A stretch of DNA of 64,000 nt from the NCBI RefSeq assembly GCF_946415235.1, contig NZ_CAMKRR010000009.1, positions 1,276 through 65,275 on the forward strand, given 5' to 3'. The notes below the pieces were generated by a model. The model worked only from the letters and a program-made list of their open reading frames with translations, was not told the origin of the DNA and did no database searches. This document shows, piece by piece, positions 27,103-36,475 of the stretch. This stretch comes from an uncultured Ruminococcus sp. GTDB taxonomy: Bacteria > Bacillota > Clostridia > Oscillospirales > Ruminococcaceae. The position numbers and the translations under genes are program-made. Numbering within the stretch: the first letter of the stretch is position 1; each line of letters opens with the position of its first letter.

Positions 27103-28253
27103 GCGAAAATAGAAAAATAGGCTTTGATGTCCTCGAAAACTCCGATATAAACACCATAGAGCAATTAGGTACAGATAAAATGAATATTGATAAAAGCGCA
27201 CGAGACAGAATGCTCAAAAATACAATGCAGAAATATGAAAACGAGAAGAAAAAGCTCAGTATTTCGCAGACTGCAGCGGATGCAGACAACGAATCGGCTG
27301 ATTCCGTAACAGGGGTTGAGATGTATGATCGCAGAAAAGCACCGCATATCATTTATATCGTTTTATGTTCAGCAGCAGCAGTCGCACTGGCGGTCGGAAG
27401 CATAGCTATGTTCAGTCGTCAGAAAAATATTACTCCCGATATCAAAAACCCTGTAGCTGAAATGACTTCCACTGTATCAACAACTACTGTTACAGGCACT
27501 TCTGCGGCGGCTTCAACGGTCAATTCCGCTGAAACATCAAAGCTCACGGAAACGAAAACAACTGCAAATATTTCAGTACAAAGCACAACAGCAGAAGAAG
27601 CTTCCACAACAGCCGCTGTTACAGAAACTACTGCCGAACAGACGCAGTCAAACACAGCTGTATCAGCACCGTACAAAAATCCTCATACAGACCGCACCGA
27701 TATCTCTCAGGAAGAGCTGGAAGCTGCGGCTGTCAGAGCAGTCAGGGGGCTTATACGTGATAATACGGAGTTCCAAAACCTTAATCCACAGATGGAGTTT
27801 ACATTCAGCTATGCATTCTATGACGTAAACGCTGATTCAGTACCCGAACTGTTTATCACAAAAAGGTATGTTCTCCAGGAACAATATATGTACGTATACG
27901 ACGGAAACGAATATGTTTCGGCGCGCTTCAACGGTCATAACATTGACGGCAGTGAGAAAGTACATGATGTAACAATTGATAATATTGATGTATTAACTGC
28001 CCCAAATACTATAGCTATGCTCGGACACCAGGCAGGGGCTCAATCATTTATTATATACATGGATTCTGATAATACCATTACTCCGTTACACGAATACACA
28101 TATTACAGATATTATGAAAACGGCAGATTGACGGAAGAGAACTTATCCGATACAGAACTTTTGATGTTCAAGCGCTTTTGCGATGAATATAAAGCCTATG
28201 AACGCGTGAAGTTGAACTGGACGGTTTATAACGACACAAATTCTGCAGAGTAA
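27099..28253 (+). CDS. Cognate anti-sigma-factor-like single-pass membrane protein with Ser/Thr stalk and uncharacterised extracellular domain
   Basis: 4-bp overlap with the sigma stop; cytoplasmic ~80 aa, VTGVEMYDRRK then TM (IIYIVLCSAAAVALAVGSIAMF), T/S-rich linker, YAFYDVNADSVPELFI domain. Confidence 0.75.
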   Translation: MSENRKIGFDVLENSDINTIEQLGTDKMNIDKSARDRMLKNTMQKYENEKKKLSISQTAADADNESADSVTGVEMYDRRKAPHIIYIVLCSAAAVALAVGSIAMFSRQKNITPDIKNPVAEMTSTVSTTTVTGTSAAASTVNSAETSKLTETKTTANISVQSTTAEEASTTAAVTETTAEQTQSNTAVSAPYKNPHTDRTDISQEELEAAAVRAVRGLIRDNTEFQNLNPQMEFTFSYAFYDVNADSVPELFITKRYVLQEQYMYVYDGNEYVSARFNGHNIDGSEKVHDVTIDNIDVLTAPNTIAMLGHQAGAQSFIIYMDSDNTITPLHEYTYYRYYENGRLTEENLSDTELLMFKRFCDEYKAYERVKLNWTVYNDTNSAE

Positions 28254-28637
28254 CCGCGGTCAAACAGCTTTTCGGAATAATTGCTCTAATAAGTCATAAA
28301 ATATGTATGCGTCCTTAAAAATTTGTACGGACATAAGAAAGCTTTATAAAATTTGAAAAATGTTTATTACAAGTATAATTCGCTCTTAAAATATCCATAT
28401 AGTATAAGTGTGATAATATTAAACATACTGCAAACTACGAGTTATCCGTAATTTGTCCACAAAACTCTGTCAAACATATCATAACAAATAGGATAAATAT
28501 ACAATTTGTTTAGTAGATTTTGTAGCAGTATCACGAATATGATTAACAAAATGTGACTTTTCTCAAAAAGGTATTTACAAATTACGATATAGAGAGTATT
28601 ATAAATACATAATTTATTTCTTTTAGGGGGCATTTTT

Positions 28638-28973
28638 ATGAGATTATTTTCAATGTTAGGCGAGATCTATGACGACGTTGTTACAGGAAGAAACACCTAT
28701 ATGTACGACGATGACTATGACTGCCTTTACCTGCCGGTCAGCAAGGAGTTCGTTACTCACGGACTTGAGAAACAGTGTGATGATTGTGGAGTTCTTATCT
28801 TTACAATGGATCACGACTTCAATTATACTCTTGACAGTATTCTGATTGATCAGGACGAGCAGCCGCGCGATCTGAGAGAGGAAATTGCTGAATATACCGA
28901 GCATTATGAGCTCATTGAGCAGTATTATGAGCTCAGCAGTGCGCTCTCTCATGTGTTTTGCAGAATTAATTGA
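28638..28973 (+). CDS. Hypothetical acidic protein (111 aa)
   Basis: RBS aggggc, coding-like composition, followed by a terminator; no motif recognised. Confidence 0.7.
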   Translation: MRLFSMLGEIYDDVVTGRNTYMYDDDYDCLYLPVSKEFVTHGLEKQCDDCGVLIFTMDHDFNYTLDSILIDQDEQPRDLREEIAEYTEHYELIEQYYELSSALSHVFCRIN

Positions 28974-28979
28974 ATCGGA

Positions 28980-29010
28980 AAAACCGCCTTATGACTGATA
29001 AGGCGGTTTT
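28980..29010 (+). terminator. Intrinsic terminator
   Basis: aaaaccgccttat-gactg-ataaggcggtttt. Confidence 0.85.
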
Positions 29011-29087
29011 GCTGTCTAATGGGGTTCGGAATGATGGCAAGCTCTTTTGTATCATTTATTCCAAAATCATTATACCGGTATCTAATG

Positions 29088-29116
29088 AAAGCAGCTTCAT
29101 AACGGAGCTGCTTTTT
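29088..29116. terminator. Second, orphan terminator-like hairpin
   Basis: aaagcagcttc-ataac-ggagctgcttt plus T-tract, with no annotated gene ending before it. Confidence 0.6.
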
Positions 29117-29170
29117 ATATTATTATCTCACATAAATCAACATAAAAAGCTCAAAAATTTTAGTCAGGTA

Positions 29171-29199
29171 TTGCAATTAAGGAAATATTATGCTATCAT
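29171..29199 (+). promoter_or_regulatory. SigA promoter of the GH9-like gene
   Basis: TTGCAA-17-TATCAT with TG; followed by a short 5' hairpin ttacagc...gctgtaa. Confidence 0.65.
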
Positions 29200-29262
29200 A
29201 TAATTACAGCTTGTATCTGATTTGGCTGTAACATTTTTACGTGAAACAAGGGAGGGTATTTC

Positions 29263-32200
29263 ATGCAAAAAAATTTCTCAAAAAGGATCATTGCAGGATT
29301 ACTGGCATCTGCAATGGTGATGCCTGGAACTGTCGGTACGTTGAAGCCCCTGCAAGCTTCCGCTTATGAAGTGTTGGGAGAGACTACATTCGACCATAAG
29401 ATCCTTCCGTGGCATACTGCAGAGGCAAGTCCTGCAAAGCAGTATTTCGAGCTTTCTGAGGGAACTGTCCGCATTCTTATACAGGTGCCCGAAGGAGCTG
29501 ATAAGGAAAAGTGGGATCTCCAGTTCAGGCACAGAAATCTTAACTTCCAAAAAGGACATGAGTACAAAGTAAGCTTTAAGGCAAAGAGCAGCAGAAATGG
29601 CTTTGAGCTTTGCTCAAAGATCGGAAACATCAAGGGCGATGAAGAGTATTTTCAGCTTGACGGTGAAACCAATGCTATGCATATGGGACCTCATATGGGA
29701 GGTCAATGGTATATGTCAGCTGTAAAGCTCTCTACAGAGTGGCAGACATTTGAGGGTATATTCAAGCCTACAAGTGATCTTGAAGCTGTTGAGTGGTGCT
29801 TCCAGTATGCAAAGGGTACACAGTATCAGGGCAATGCTCAGGCAGGAGATGAACTGTGGTTCGATGATATGTCCATTGAAGATCTGACAGACGACATATC
29901 CACTCAGAATACATTTAAATTCGGCTATACAACCCGAAAATACAGCGGTCTGGGATATAATTACATCTCTGTCAATCAGCTCGGATACTATCAGGGACTT
30001 GAAAAAATCGCAACACTCGGAGATAATAAAGGCGATATCGTCCACGATATGCCTACCATAGAGCTTGAAAGTAATGAGCACTATGTCTATGAGATCGTAA
30101 GCACAGCTGACGATAAGGTAGTTTACACAGGCGAAACATCATTTGCCGTAAAGGATTACGACTCGGGCGACACCGTGTGCAAGATCGACTTTACTGAGTT
30201 CAACGAAACAGGCGAATACTACATTCGCATTAAAGGCAAAGAATGGAGATCGTTCCCGTTCAGGATAGGAAATGATATCTACAGCGATAAAGAAAATGAT
30301 CTGCTGACCAATGCACTCAATTATTTCTATCAGAACCGCGGCGGCATTAAGATCGAGTCCAAATATATCACATCAGGCGATAAATCCAAACTTGCACATA
30401 ATTACGACCGTGATGAATCCGTTGGATTTGTACAGACAAGCTGGCAGTCATGCAATTTCGATAGTGTAAAAATGGCAGAGCAGAACAGCTCTTCAAGAAT
30501 TGATACGAGCGGCGGCTGGTTCTCGGGAGCTAATTTCGACAAGAGCATGAAAGAGAGCGGCATCGCACTCTGGACACTGCAAAATCTGTATGAGCGTGCA
30601 GCGCTTATCGAAAAAAGCGCAAATAAATTCGCAGACGGCTCGGGTACAGTCGTTATTCCCGAAACGGGCAACAAAATACCCGATATTTTGGACGAATGCA
30701 GATATGAGCTTGACTATATGTCTAAGATGAAGGTACAGCCTGATGAAGAAACATGGGGCAAATATGCAGGTTTGTATTATAACGGCATAAAGGGCGTTGA
30801 ATTTGAACCTCTCCCCAAGGATTATGAGCATGAGTACCATGCATGCTATATCGTTCAGCCCCCGACATTTGCTGCAACTCTGAACTACGCTGCCTGTGCG
30901 GCACAGGGCGCACGACTCTGGGAGCCCTATGACAAGGAATACGCAGCAGAGCTTCTTAAAAGCGCCAAGGAAGCATATCGGGCTTACAAAGAACAGTTTT
31001 ATTTGGCAAGCCCTAATGAAGAAAGCAATAAAGTTTCACTGTACGAGCCATCGTCAATAAAAAGAACAGGCCCGTCAGGTGACACGTATATAGAGGACGA
31101 CGCTTACTGGGCAGCCTGCGAGCTCTACATCACCGCAAAGGAAGTGGACGACTCAGACGCTGAGAGCTACTTAAAGGACCTTTCCGACTATTCAGACGCA
31201 TTCAAGGTAAAGCCAAGAAACGGTATTAATACCGGTGTAGCGGGAGAGCCCTCATTTACACTGTTCAACAGTGATGGAACAGCATCCGCAGGTTCACTTT
31301 CCATGCTGCTCAACAAACCTCTGATCCCCGATGAACAGTACAAAACACTGAACGGCTCCTTGCTCGACACAGCAGATGAATACATCAATGAAGAAGATTA
31401 TCAGGGCTACGGCATACCCTATAAGTATGACGGTCCCGGATTTGCGGCATACAGCGGAGACCTTTATGACATAGTTTATCATGGTTTTGAGACCGATTCC
31501 AATCAGCGCGCTGTAAATAATATGCTGGCTATGGCTTATGCCTACGACCTTACAGGAGAAAGCAAATACCTTAACGGTGTGGCAAAGGGCATGGATTATA
31601 TCTTCGGAAACAATCCTCTGGCGTTCTCCTATGTAACAGGCTGCGGATCGTATCATGTAAAAAATCCGTCTCACAGATACTGGCTGAATGAGTTGGATCC
31701 TTATCTGCCGCAGGCGCCTGACGGCGTACTTGTAAGCGGTCCTAACGCAATGCCTATGGATCAGTATATGCGTGCCCTCGGATTTAACGACAACAGAACT
31801 TCCGCTGATCCGTCTGAGAGGTACTATGCTGATTCTGTTGAGGCATGGTCTACGAATTCGACCTCTCTCGGCTGCAATGCTTCACTTGCATGGCTGGTTT
31901 CATTCATGCAGGACGAGGCTTCGGACACAGTTGACGAGCCTGCCGCAACAGGCGATGTGAATGCTGACGGTGAATTCAATGTCGCTGATGTCGTACTTCT
32001 CCAAAAATGGCTGCTTGCTGCTCCGAATGCAAAGCTCACAAAATGGAAGGCAGCTGATTTCTTCAAAGATAATAAGCTTGATGTATTCGACCTGACACTT
32101 ATGAAAAAAGCACTTGTAAGCCAAAATACACAGGACTACATCGAGCCTGACGAGCGCTTTGAATACGGTACGCCGTGTACTGTTGACTGGGACGGTCTGA

Positions 32201-32937
32201 AACTGTATAAAGGCCCTGATGAAAGCTATGAAGTCATCACTACAATCCCTAATAATGCACACCTAAATGAAATAGGCTATCAGGAGGGCAACAATGACTG
32301 GCTGTTTACTGAATACAAAGGTCAGTATGGCTGGATACAAACAAGAATAAACGGTCATAGTACTATATATTATGCTGCGGTCGCCAAGAAGCCTGTTATT
32401 TACCTTTATCCTGAAGAGGAGACTGATGTTCATGTGGAGCTGGAGCTGACAGAAGCCGATCTCTCAACAACCTATCCGAAGTACAATAACGGCTGGGACG
32501 TAACAGCGTTACCTGACGGTTCGCTTCTCAACAAGGCTGACGGAACACATCACAAGTATCTTTTCTGGGACGCAGTAAACTGCCGCACAAGATTTGACTT
32601 CTCAGAGGGATTCTGTGTTGCGGGAAGCGATACAGAGAACTTCCTCAAGGAAAAACTCGCGTATATGGGCTTAACAGAGGAAGAAATGAACGAATTCATC
32701 GTGTACTGGCTGCCTTTAATGGAGCATAACAAGTATAACCTCATTTCTTTCCAGGGTGATGCTTATACGAATTCTGCGAAGCTGAACATCACTCCGACAC
32801 CTGACAGTGTGCTTCGTGTATTCATGGCTTATGTTCCTCTCGAAGAGGCAGTCGAGACCGAACCTCAGCAGCTTGAAGGCTTTGAAAGAAAAGGCTTCAC
32901 AGTTGTTGAATGGGGCGGCAGCGAGATCAGATCATAA
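29263..32937 (+). CDS. Catalytically degenerate GH9-fold cellulosomal protein: signal peptide, CBM4, Ig-like, GH9*, dockerin (group 3/6-type), SH3b-like, C-terminal KPVIYLYP domain
   Basis: CBM4 LGETTFD..LPWHT..S, WDLQFRHR; Ig YISVNQLGY; GH9 scaffold LNYFYQNR, YWAACELY, MDY.FG.NP...SYVTG. Catalytic motifs replaced (see findings). Dockerin at 31951; GL.LY.GP..SY.VI..IP...WL.TEY.GQYGWI. Confidence 0.88.
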   Translation: MQKNFSKRIIAGLLASAMVMPGTVGTLKPLQASAYEVLGETTFDHKILPWHTAEASPAKQYFELSEGTVRILIQVPEGADKEKWDLQFRHRNLNFQKGHEYKVSFKAKSSRNGFELCSKIGNIKGDEEYFQLDGETNAMHMGPHMGGQWYMSAVKLSTEWQTFEGIFKPTSDLEAVEWCFQYAKGTQYQGNAQAGDELWFDDMSIEDLTDDISTQNTFKFGYTTRKYSGLGYNYISVNQLGYYQGLEKIATLGDNKGDIVHDMPTIELESNEHYVYEIVSTADDKVVYTGETSFAVKDYDSGDTVCKIDFTEFNETGEYYIRIKGKEWRSFPFRIGNDIYSDKENDLLTNALNYFYQNRGGIKIESKYITSGDKSKLAHNYDRDESVGFVQTSWQSCNFDSVKMAEQNSSSRIDTSGGWFSGANFDKSMKESGIALWTLQNLYERAALIEKSANKFADGSGTVVIPETGNKIPDILDECRYELDYMSKMKVQPDEETWGKYAGLYYNGIKGVEFEPLPKDYEHEYHACYIVQPPTFAATLNYAACAAQGARLWEPYDKEYAAELLKSAKEAYRAYKEQFYLASPNEESNKVSLYEPSSIKRTGPSGDTYIEDDAYWAACELYITAKEVDDSDAESYLKDLSDYSDAFKVKPRNGINTGVAGEPSFTLFNSDGTASAGSLSMLLNKPLIPDEQYKTLNGSLLDTADEYINEEDYQGYGIPYKYDGPGFAAYSGDLYDIVYHGFETDSNQRAVNNMLAMAYAYDLTGESKYLNGVAKGMDYIFGNNPLAFSYVTGCGSYHVKNPSHRYWLNELDPYLPQAPDGVLVSGPNAMPMDQYMRALGFNDNRTSADPSERYYADSVEAWSTNSTSLGCNASLAWLVSFMQDEASDTVDEPAATGDVNADGEFNVADVVLLQKWLLAAPNAKLTKWKAADFFKDNKLDVFDLTLMKKALVSQNTQDYIEPDERFEYGTPCTVDWDGLKLYKGPDESYEVITTIPNNAHLNEIGYQEGNNDWLFTEYKGQYGWIQTRINGHSTIYYAAVAKKPVIYLYPEEETDVHVELELTEADLSTTYPKYNNGWDVTALPDGSLLNKADGTHHKYLFWDAVNCRTRFDFSEGFCVAGSDTENFLKEKLAYMGLTEEEMNEFIVYWLPLMEHNKYNLISFQGDAYTNSAKLNITPTPDSVLRVFMAYVPLEEAVETEPQQLEGFERKGFTVVEWGGSEIRS

Positions 32938-32975
32938 AACTTATCCCGTTATCAACACAAAAAATCAATAAATAT

Positions 32976-33012
32976 AAAAGGCTGTATGACCGATCGGGTC
33001 ATACAGCCTTTT
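32976..33012. terminator. Bidirectional intrinsic terminator
   Basis: 16-bp stem aaaaggctgtatgacc/ggtcatacagcctttt. Confidence 0.88.
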
Positions 33013-33057
33013 GTCATACACTTATATTTGCTCTGAAAAATAGTCTTTAAGCTTTTG

Positions 33058-35298
33058 TCAGTCTCCCAAAGAATTTACAAGCTTTTCGGCGTCCTCTGCC
33101 GACATGGGACGTCCCCATATATAGCCCTGTACGTAGTCACAGCCTATACTGCGGAGCGCTTCAAGCTGTTCCTCTTCTTCAACACCCTCTGAGATCACGT
33201 CAAGCCCCATAATATGACCCATTGATATGATAGCTGCAACATACTGCTTCGAGGACTCGTTGGCATTGATCTTGTCTATAAAGGATTTATCTATTTTAAG
33301 AAGATTTGCAGGTATCTTATTGAGATAGCTCAGCGACGAATATCCTGTTCCGAAGTCATCTATCGCAAGCTTTACGCCCATTTCCCTGAGCTTATTTATG
33401 CATTGCAGAGCCTTGTCAGCCGAATCTATCAGTATGGACTCGGTTATCTCGATCTCGAAATGCTCCGGAGAGATACCGCTTTTATCAATAAGAGAATGGA
33501 TTTCATCCAGAAAATCATTCTTCATAAGATGTCTTACCGACGCATTAAGGCTCAAAGTGAGGTCAAGTCCTGTTTTTTTGATAAGACTGCTGAAAAAAGC
33601 CGATGATTTCTTAAACACCATATTGTCAACGCGGTCAATAAGCCCGACTTTTTCCGCGATCGGTATGAACTCTCCAGGAGAAATAAAGTTGCCGTCAGAG
33701 TCCTTCATGCGGGCAAGGGCTTCAAATCCGCGGAGCTTATGAGCCATATCGTACTGCGGCTGCAAGTTGAAGAAAATAGTGTCATTCTCAAGGGCGTTCC
33801 TTATCTTATTCTCTATTTCGAGTGTACGTTCATTTTTTACGGCATCAGACGAGAACTTCAAAATATGATCGCTGCTGTTGGCTTTTTTTATGGCATTCAT
33901 TGCAAGAGTGGCATTTGAAATAAGTGAATCTGCCGTAACAGCATCAGTCGGATATTCGGCATATCCGAAGCTTGCTGTAACATACAGGTCACAGCCGTCC
34001 ACGACAAGCTGTTCGCTGAGTGCATCTGCATATGATATTATCGTATTTCTGACCTCTTCCTGAGTCTTGTATCCAAAGATTATAAGCAGGAATTCATCGC
34101 CGTTTATTCGTGTCACATAATCAGAAGAGCCTGAAGCTGCATTATCAGAAACTGCTTTCCAGCGTTTTGCGATCTCTATGAGCACCTTATTTCCTGCCTC
34201 GAGCCCCAATGTCACGTTTACGCTTTTAAAATGGTTAAGATCTATGGATACAACCGTAAACCTTTCTTCACGCCTGATAAGATCAGCAATGTAATCAGTG
34301 CACGCAAAACGGTTCGGCAGCCCTGTCAGAGCATCGGTATAACTCATATACTGAAGACGCTTTATCACTTTGAAACGTGCAATATGCGAAGAAATGAAAA
34401 ATGTAGTGAGTTCGAGAGTTTCCTTGATACGCATAGTTTTGTTCGTATCAAAATTTGTAGCCCATATGTATCCGAGGACTTCATGCCCCTGCCTCAGCGG
34501 AAACAGTACTACACTTTCAACGCCTGCTTCTACAAGAGTAAGATACCATGGATTATTTATCTTGCTGACATAATCCATATCATCTTTATTCTTGATAATG
34601 ATACAGTCGCCTTCCTCCCCTATCATGCTCTTCCATGAAGTCGCAATATCGTAGAAGTTTGAAAAATTCGTAACACGTTTCAGATGACTTTCTGCTCTGA
34701 AGTCTGTTGCAAGGATAGAAAATGTCCTGTCACTGTCGTTAAGCAAAAGCACAGTACAGCCTTCCGCGTTGCATATCTGACGTATCTCCGTAATTACTCC
34801 TTCCATCGCCTCTTCGAGGTCGTTGGACCTGTGAAGCTTGATACAGGTCTTGAGAACATCGTTTGATGTCTGGGCTGTATAAAGAGTATCAAGGACAACA
34901 TCAGCATTCTGATTTGTAGTGGCGGTATAGGTACAATAAAAGGTATTACCGTCCTCAAAGTCTATCGGCATTGCGTAAATATCAAGCCATATATCGACAT
35001 TATTAAGGTATACATAGGTATGTACAGGCGTTTTCTGCACCGCAGCGCGAAAACACGCATCTTCAAAGCTGCGATTTTTCGGGAAATACTTATAATATAA
35101 CGTGTTCGGGACAAATTTTTTTCCCGCATCGGGAGCAACATGGAAATCATCATTTTCAAGGCGCATCTCTATCATTTCGATATATTTTTCATTACCCGCA
35201 ACAAAACGTATATCTCCGTATCCCCTTTCAGCTTTCTTCTCTACAGATACGATACAGGTAGGTGAAAAAAACGAATCCGCAAACTTCTGAAAATCCAT
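33058..35298 (-). CDS. GAF-like + GGDEF (NGDEF variant) + EAL c-di-GMP enzyme
   Basis: Start MDFQKF at 35298. AEGCTVLLL...VLFPLRQG..VLGYIWATN (GAF-like); DALTGLPNR, RINGDEF; QPQY, FEALAR, DDFGTGYSSLSYL, KIDKSF, EGVE. Confidence 0.9.
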   Translation of the reverse strand: MDFQKFADSFFSPTCIVSVEKKAERGYGDIRFVAGNEKYIEMIEMRLENDDFHVAPDAGKKFVPNTLYYKYFPKNRSFEDACFRAAVQKTPVHTYVYLNNVDIWLDIYAMPIDFEDGNTFYCTYTATTNQNADVVLDTLYTAQTSNDVLKTCIKLHRSNDLEEAMEGVITEIRQICNAEGCTVLLLNDSDRTFSILATDFRAESHLKRVTNFSNFYDIATSWKSMIGEEGDCIIIKNKDDMDYVSKINNPWYLTLVEAGVESVVLFPLRQGHEVLGYIWATNFDTNKTMRIKETLELTTFFISSHIARFKVIKRLQYMSYTDALTGLPNRFACTDYIADLIRREERFTVVSIDLNHFKSVNVTLGLEAGNKVLIEIAKRWKAVSDNAASGSSDYVTRINGDEFLLIIFGYKTQEEVRNTIISYADALSEQLVVDGCDLYVTASFGYAEYPTDAVTADSLISNATLAMNAIKKANSSDHILKFSSDAVKNERTLEIENKIRNALENDTIFFNLQPQYDMAHKLRGFEALARMKDSDGNFISPGEFIPIAEKVGLIDRVDNMVFKKSSAFFSSLIKKTGLDLTLSLNASVRHLMKNDFLDEIHSLIDKSGISPEHFEIEITESILIDSADKALQCINKLREMGVKLAIDDFGTGYSSLSYLNKIPANLLKIDKSFIDKINANESSKQYVAAIISMGHIMGLDVISEGVEEEEQLEALRSIGCDYVQGYIWGRPMSAEDAEKLVNSLGD

Positions 35299-35568
35299 AT
35301 TGTCTTCCCCTCCCATTTTATAAAAATTATAAAGAATATCCATAAAACAGATAAATATATTAATTGTAAAACAATGTGCTGAATTAAACGATTTAAATCA
35401 ATCACAGATATTGTATTCCATTAATTCTTATATAAATTCTACCATTTTTGCACAATTAATTCAATCTAAAATTATAAAAGTTTACAAAGTATAAAAAATA
35501 ATTGGCATTTCATACAAAGCATGAAGCTTTGGTTTGTATGTTAAGACAATTATAAGCTTAGGTACAAA

Positions 35569-35596
35569 AAAGAGCTTTTCATATAAAAAGCTCTTT
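35569..35596 (-). terminator. Intrinsic terminator of the two-component/ABC operon
   Basis: aaagagctttt-catat-aaaaagctcttt abutting the kinase stop. Confidence 0.6.
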
Positions 35597-36462
35597 CATA
35601 GTATTATCCTTATCTCCAGCCTCTGATCCTCGTATACGGCGGAAATAGTTCCTCCCATATGCTCCACAAGTGTTCGTGCGATCGAAAGCCCGAGTCCTGT
35701 GGAGTTCCTTGCCGCCTCAACAGTATAAAACCTGTCAAATAGCCGCTCCACCTCGACGGCTGAAAGATTTTGTGCTTTGTTCGCAAAAACGATCTCACCC
35801 GAATCGGAAAGTGTTATCTCAAGATCGCCGTCACTGTACTTCATAGCGTTGTTCATCAGATTTGAAAATACTCTTTCGAGACAAGCTTTATTCAGCATAC
35901 GATCTATTGTATTTACGGTGATATCGACCTTTGGAACTATCCCCTTCTCGTCCAGAGCTCCGCAGTATCCCATAATGCAGTCCTCAAGCACTTGTTTGAC
36001 GTTGACCTTCTGTATTTCAACCTTTGCTTCATCCGATACTATTACGGAATAACGGAAAAGCTCCTCTGTCAGCTGCTTCATAATCTCTGTTCGTTCGGCT
36101 ATTATCTCAAGATAGCTGTCGATAAGCTCTCTGTCATCGGTTTTCTTTATCATATACAGATAGCCGCAGATCGCTGTCAGAGGAGTACGAAGGTCATGGG
36201 AAATATTCGTTACGGCCTTTTTCAGCTCGGTGTTGCCCTGATGATACTGAAGATGTTCTTTTCGCAGTACGCGAAGCTGATCATTTATACTTGAAGCAAG
36301 ATCACGCATATCTTTGTCATGAGAAGATACATCTATAAGTGTATTGGTATCATTTTTCAGTCTGTCAGCAAATTCATCAGTTATCTCCCTTGCCGTTTTT
36401 TTCAGCAATATTATCTTGACAACTGCCGCGATGAGCAGTATTGCCAACAGACTGTATATCAT
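35596..36462 (-). CDS. Sensor histidine kinase (intramembrane-sensing type, single short TM)
   Basis: NISHDLRTPLTAI (H-box), NLMNNAMKY, RLFDRFY, TGLGLSIA. Confidence 0.93.
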   Translation of the reverse strand: MIYSLLAILLIAAVVKIILLKKTAREITDEFADRLKNDTNTLIDVSSHDKDMRDLASSINDQLRVLRKEHLQYHQGNTELKKAVTNISHDLRTPLTAICGYLYMIKKTDDRELIDSYLEIIAERTEIMKQLTEELFRYSVIVSDEAKVEIQKVNVKQVLEDCIMGYCGALDEKGIVPKVDITVNTIDRMLNKACLERVFSNLMNNAMKYSDGDLEITLSDSGEIVFANKAQNLSAVEVERLFDRFYTVEAARNSTGLGLSIARTLVEHMGGTISAVYEDQRLEIRIIL

Positions 36463-36475
36463 AATAATCCCTCCG

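Noticed and set aside
9481..29151. Shared AAATCAACA(C/T)AAAAAGCT word upstream of the GH5 (9481) and GH9 (29134) genes
   Set aside because: At 9482-9487 it is the -35 of the divergent promoter; distances to the downstream promoters differ; a similar word at 32951 lies after a gene; AT-rich chance match is likely.
28970..29203. 77-aa ORF
   Set aside because: Runs through two terminators and the GH9 promoter; no RBS.
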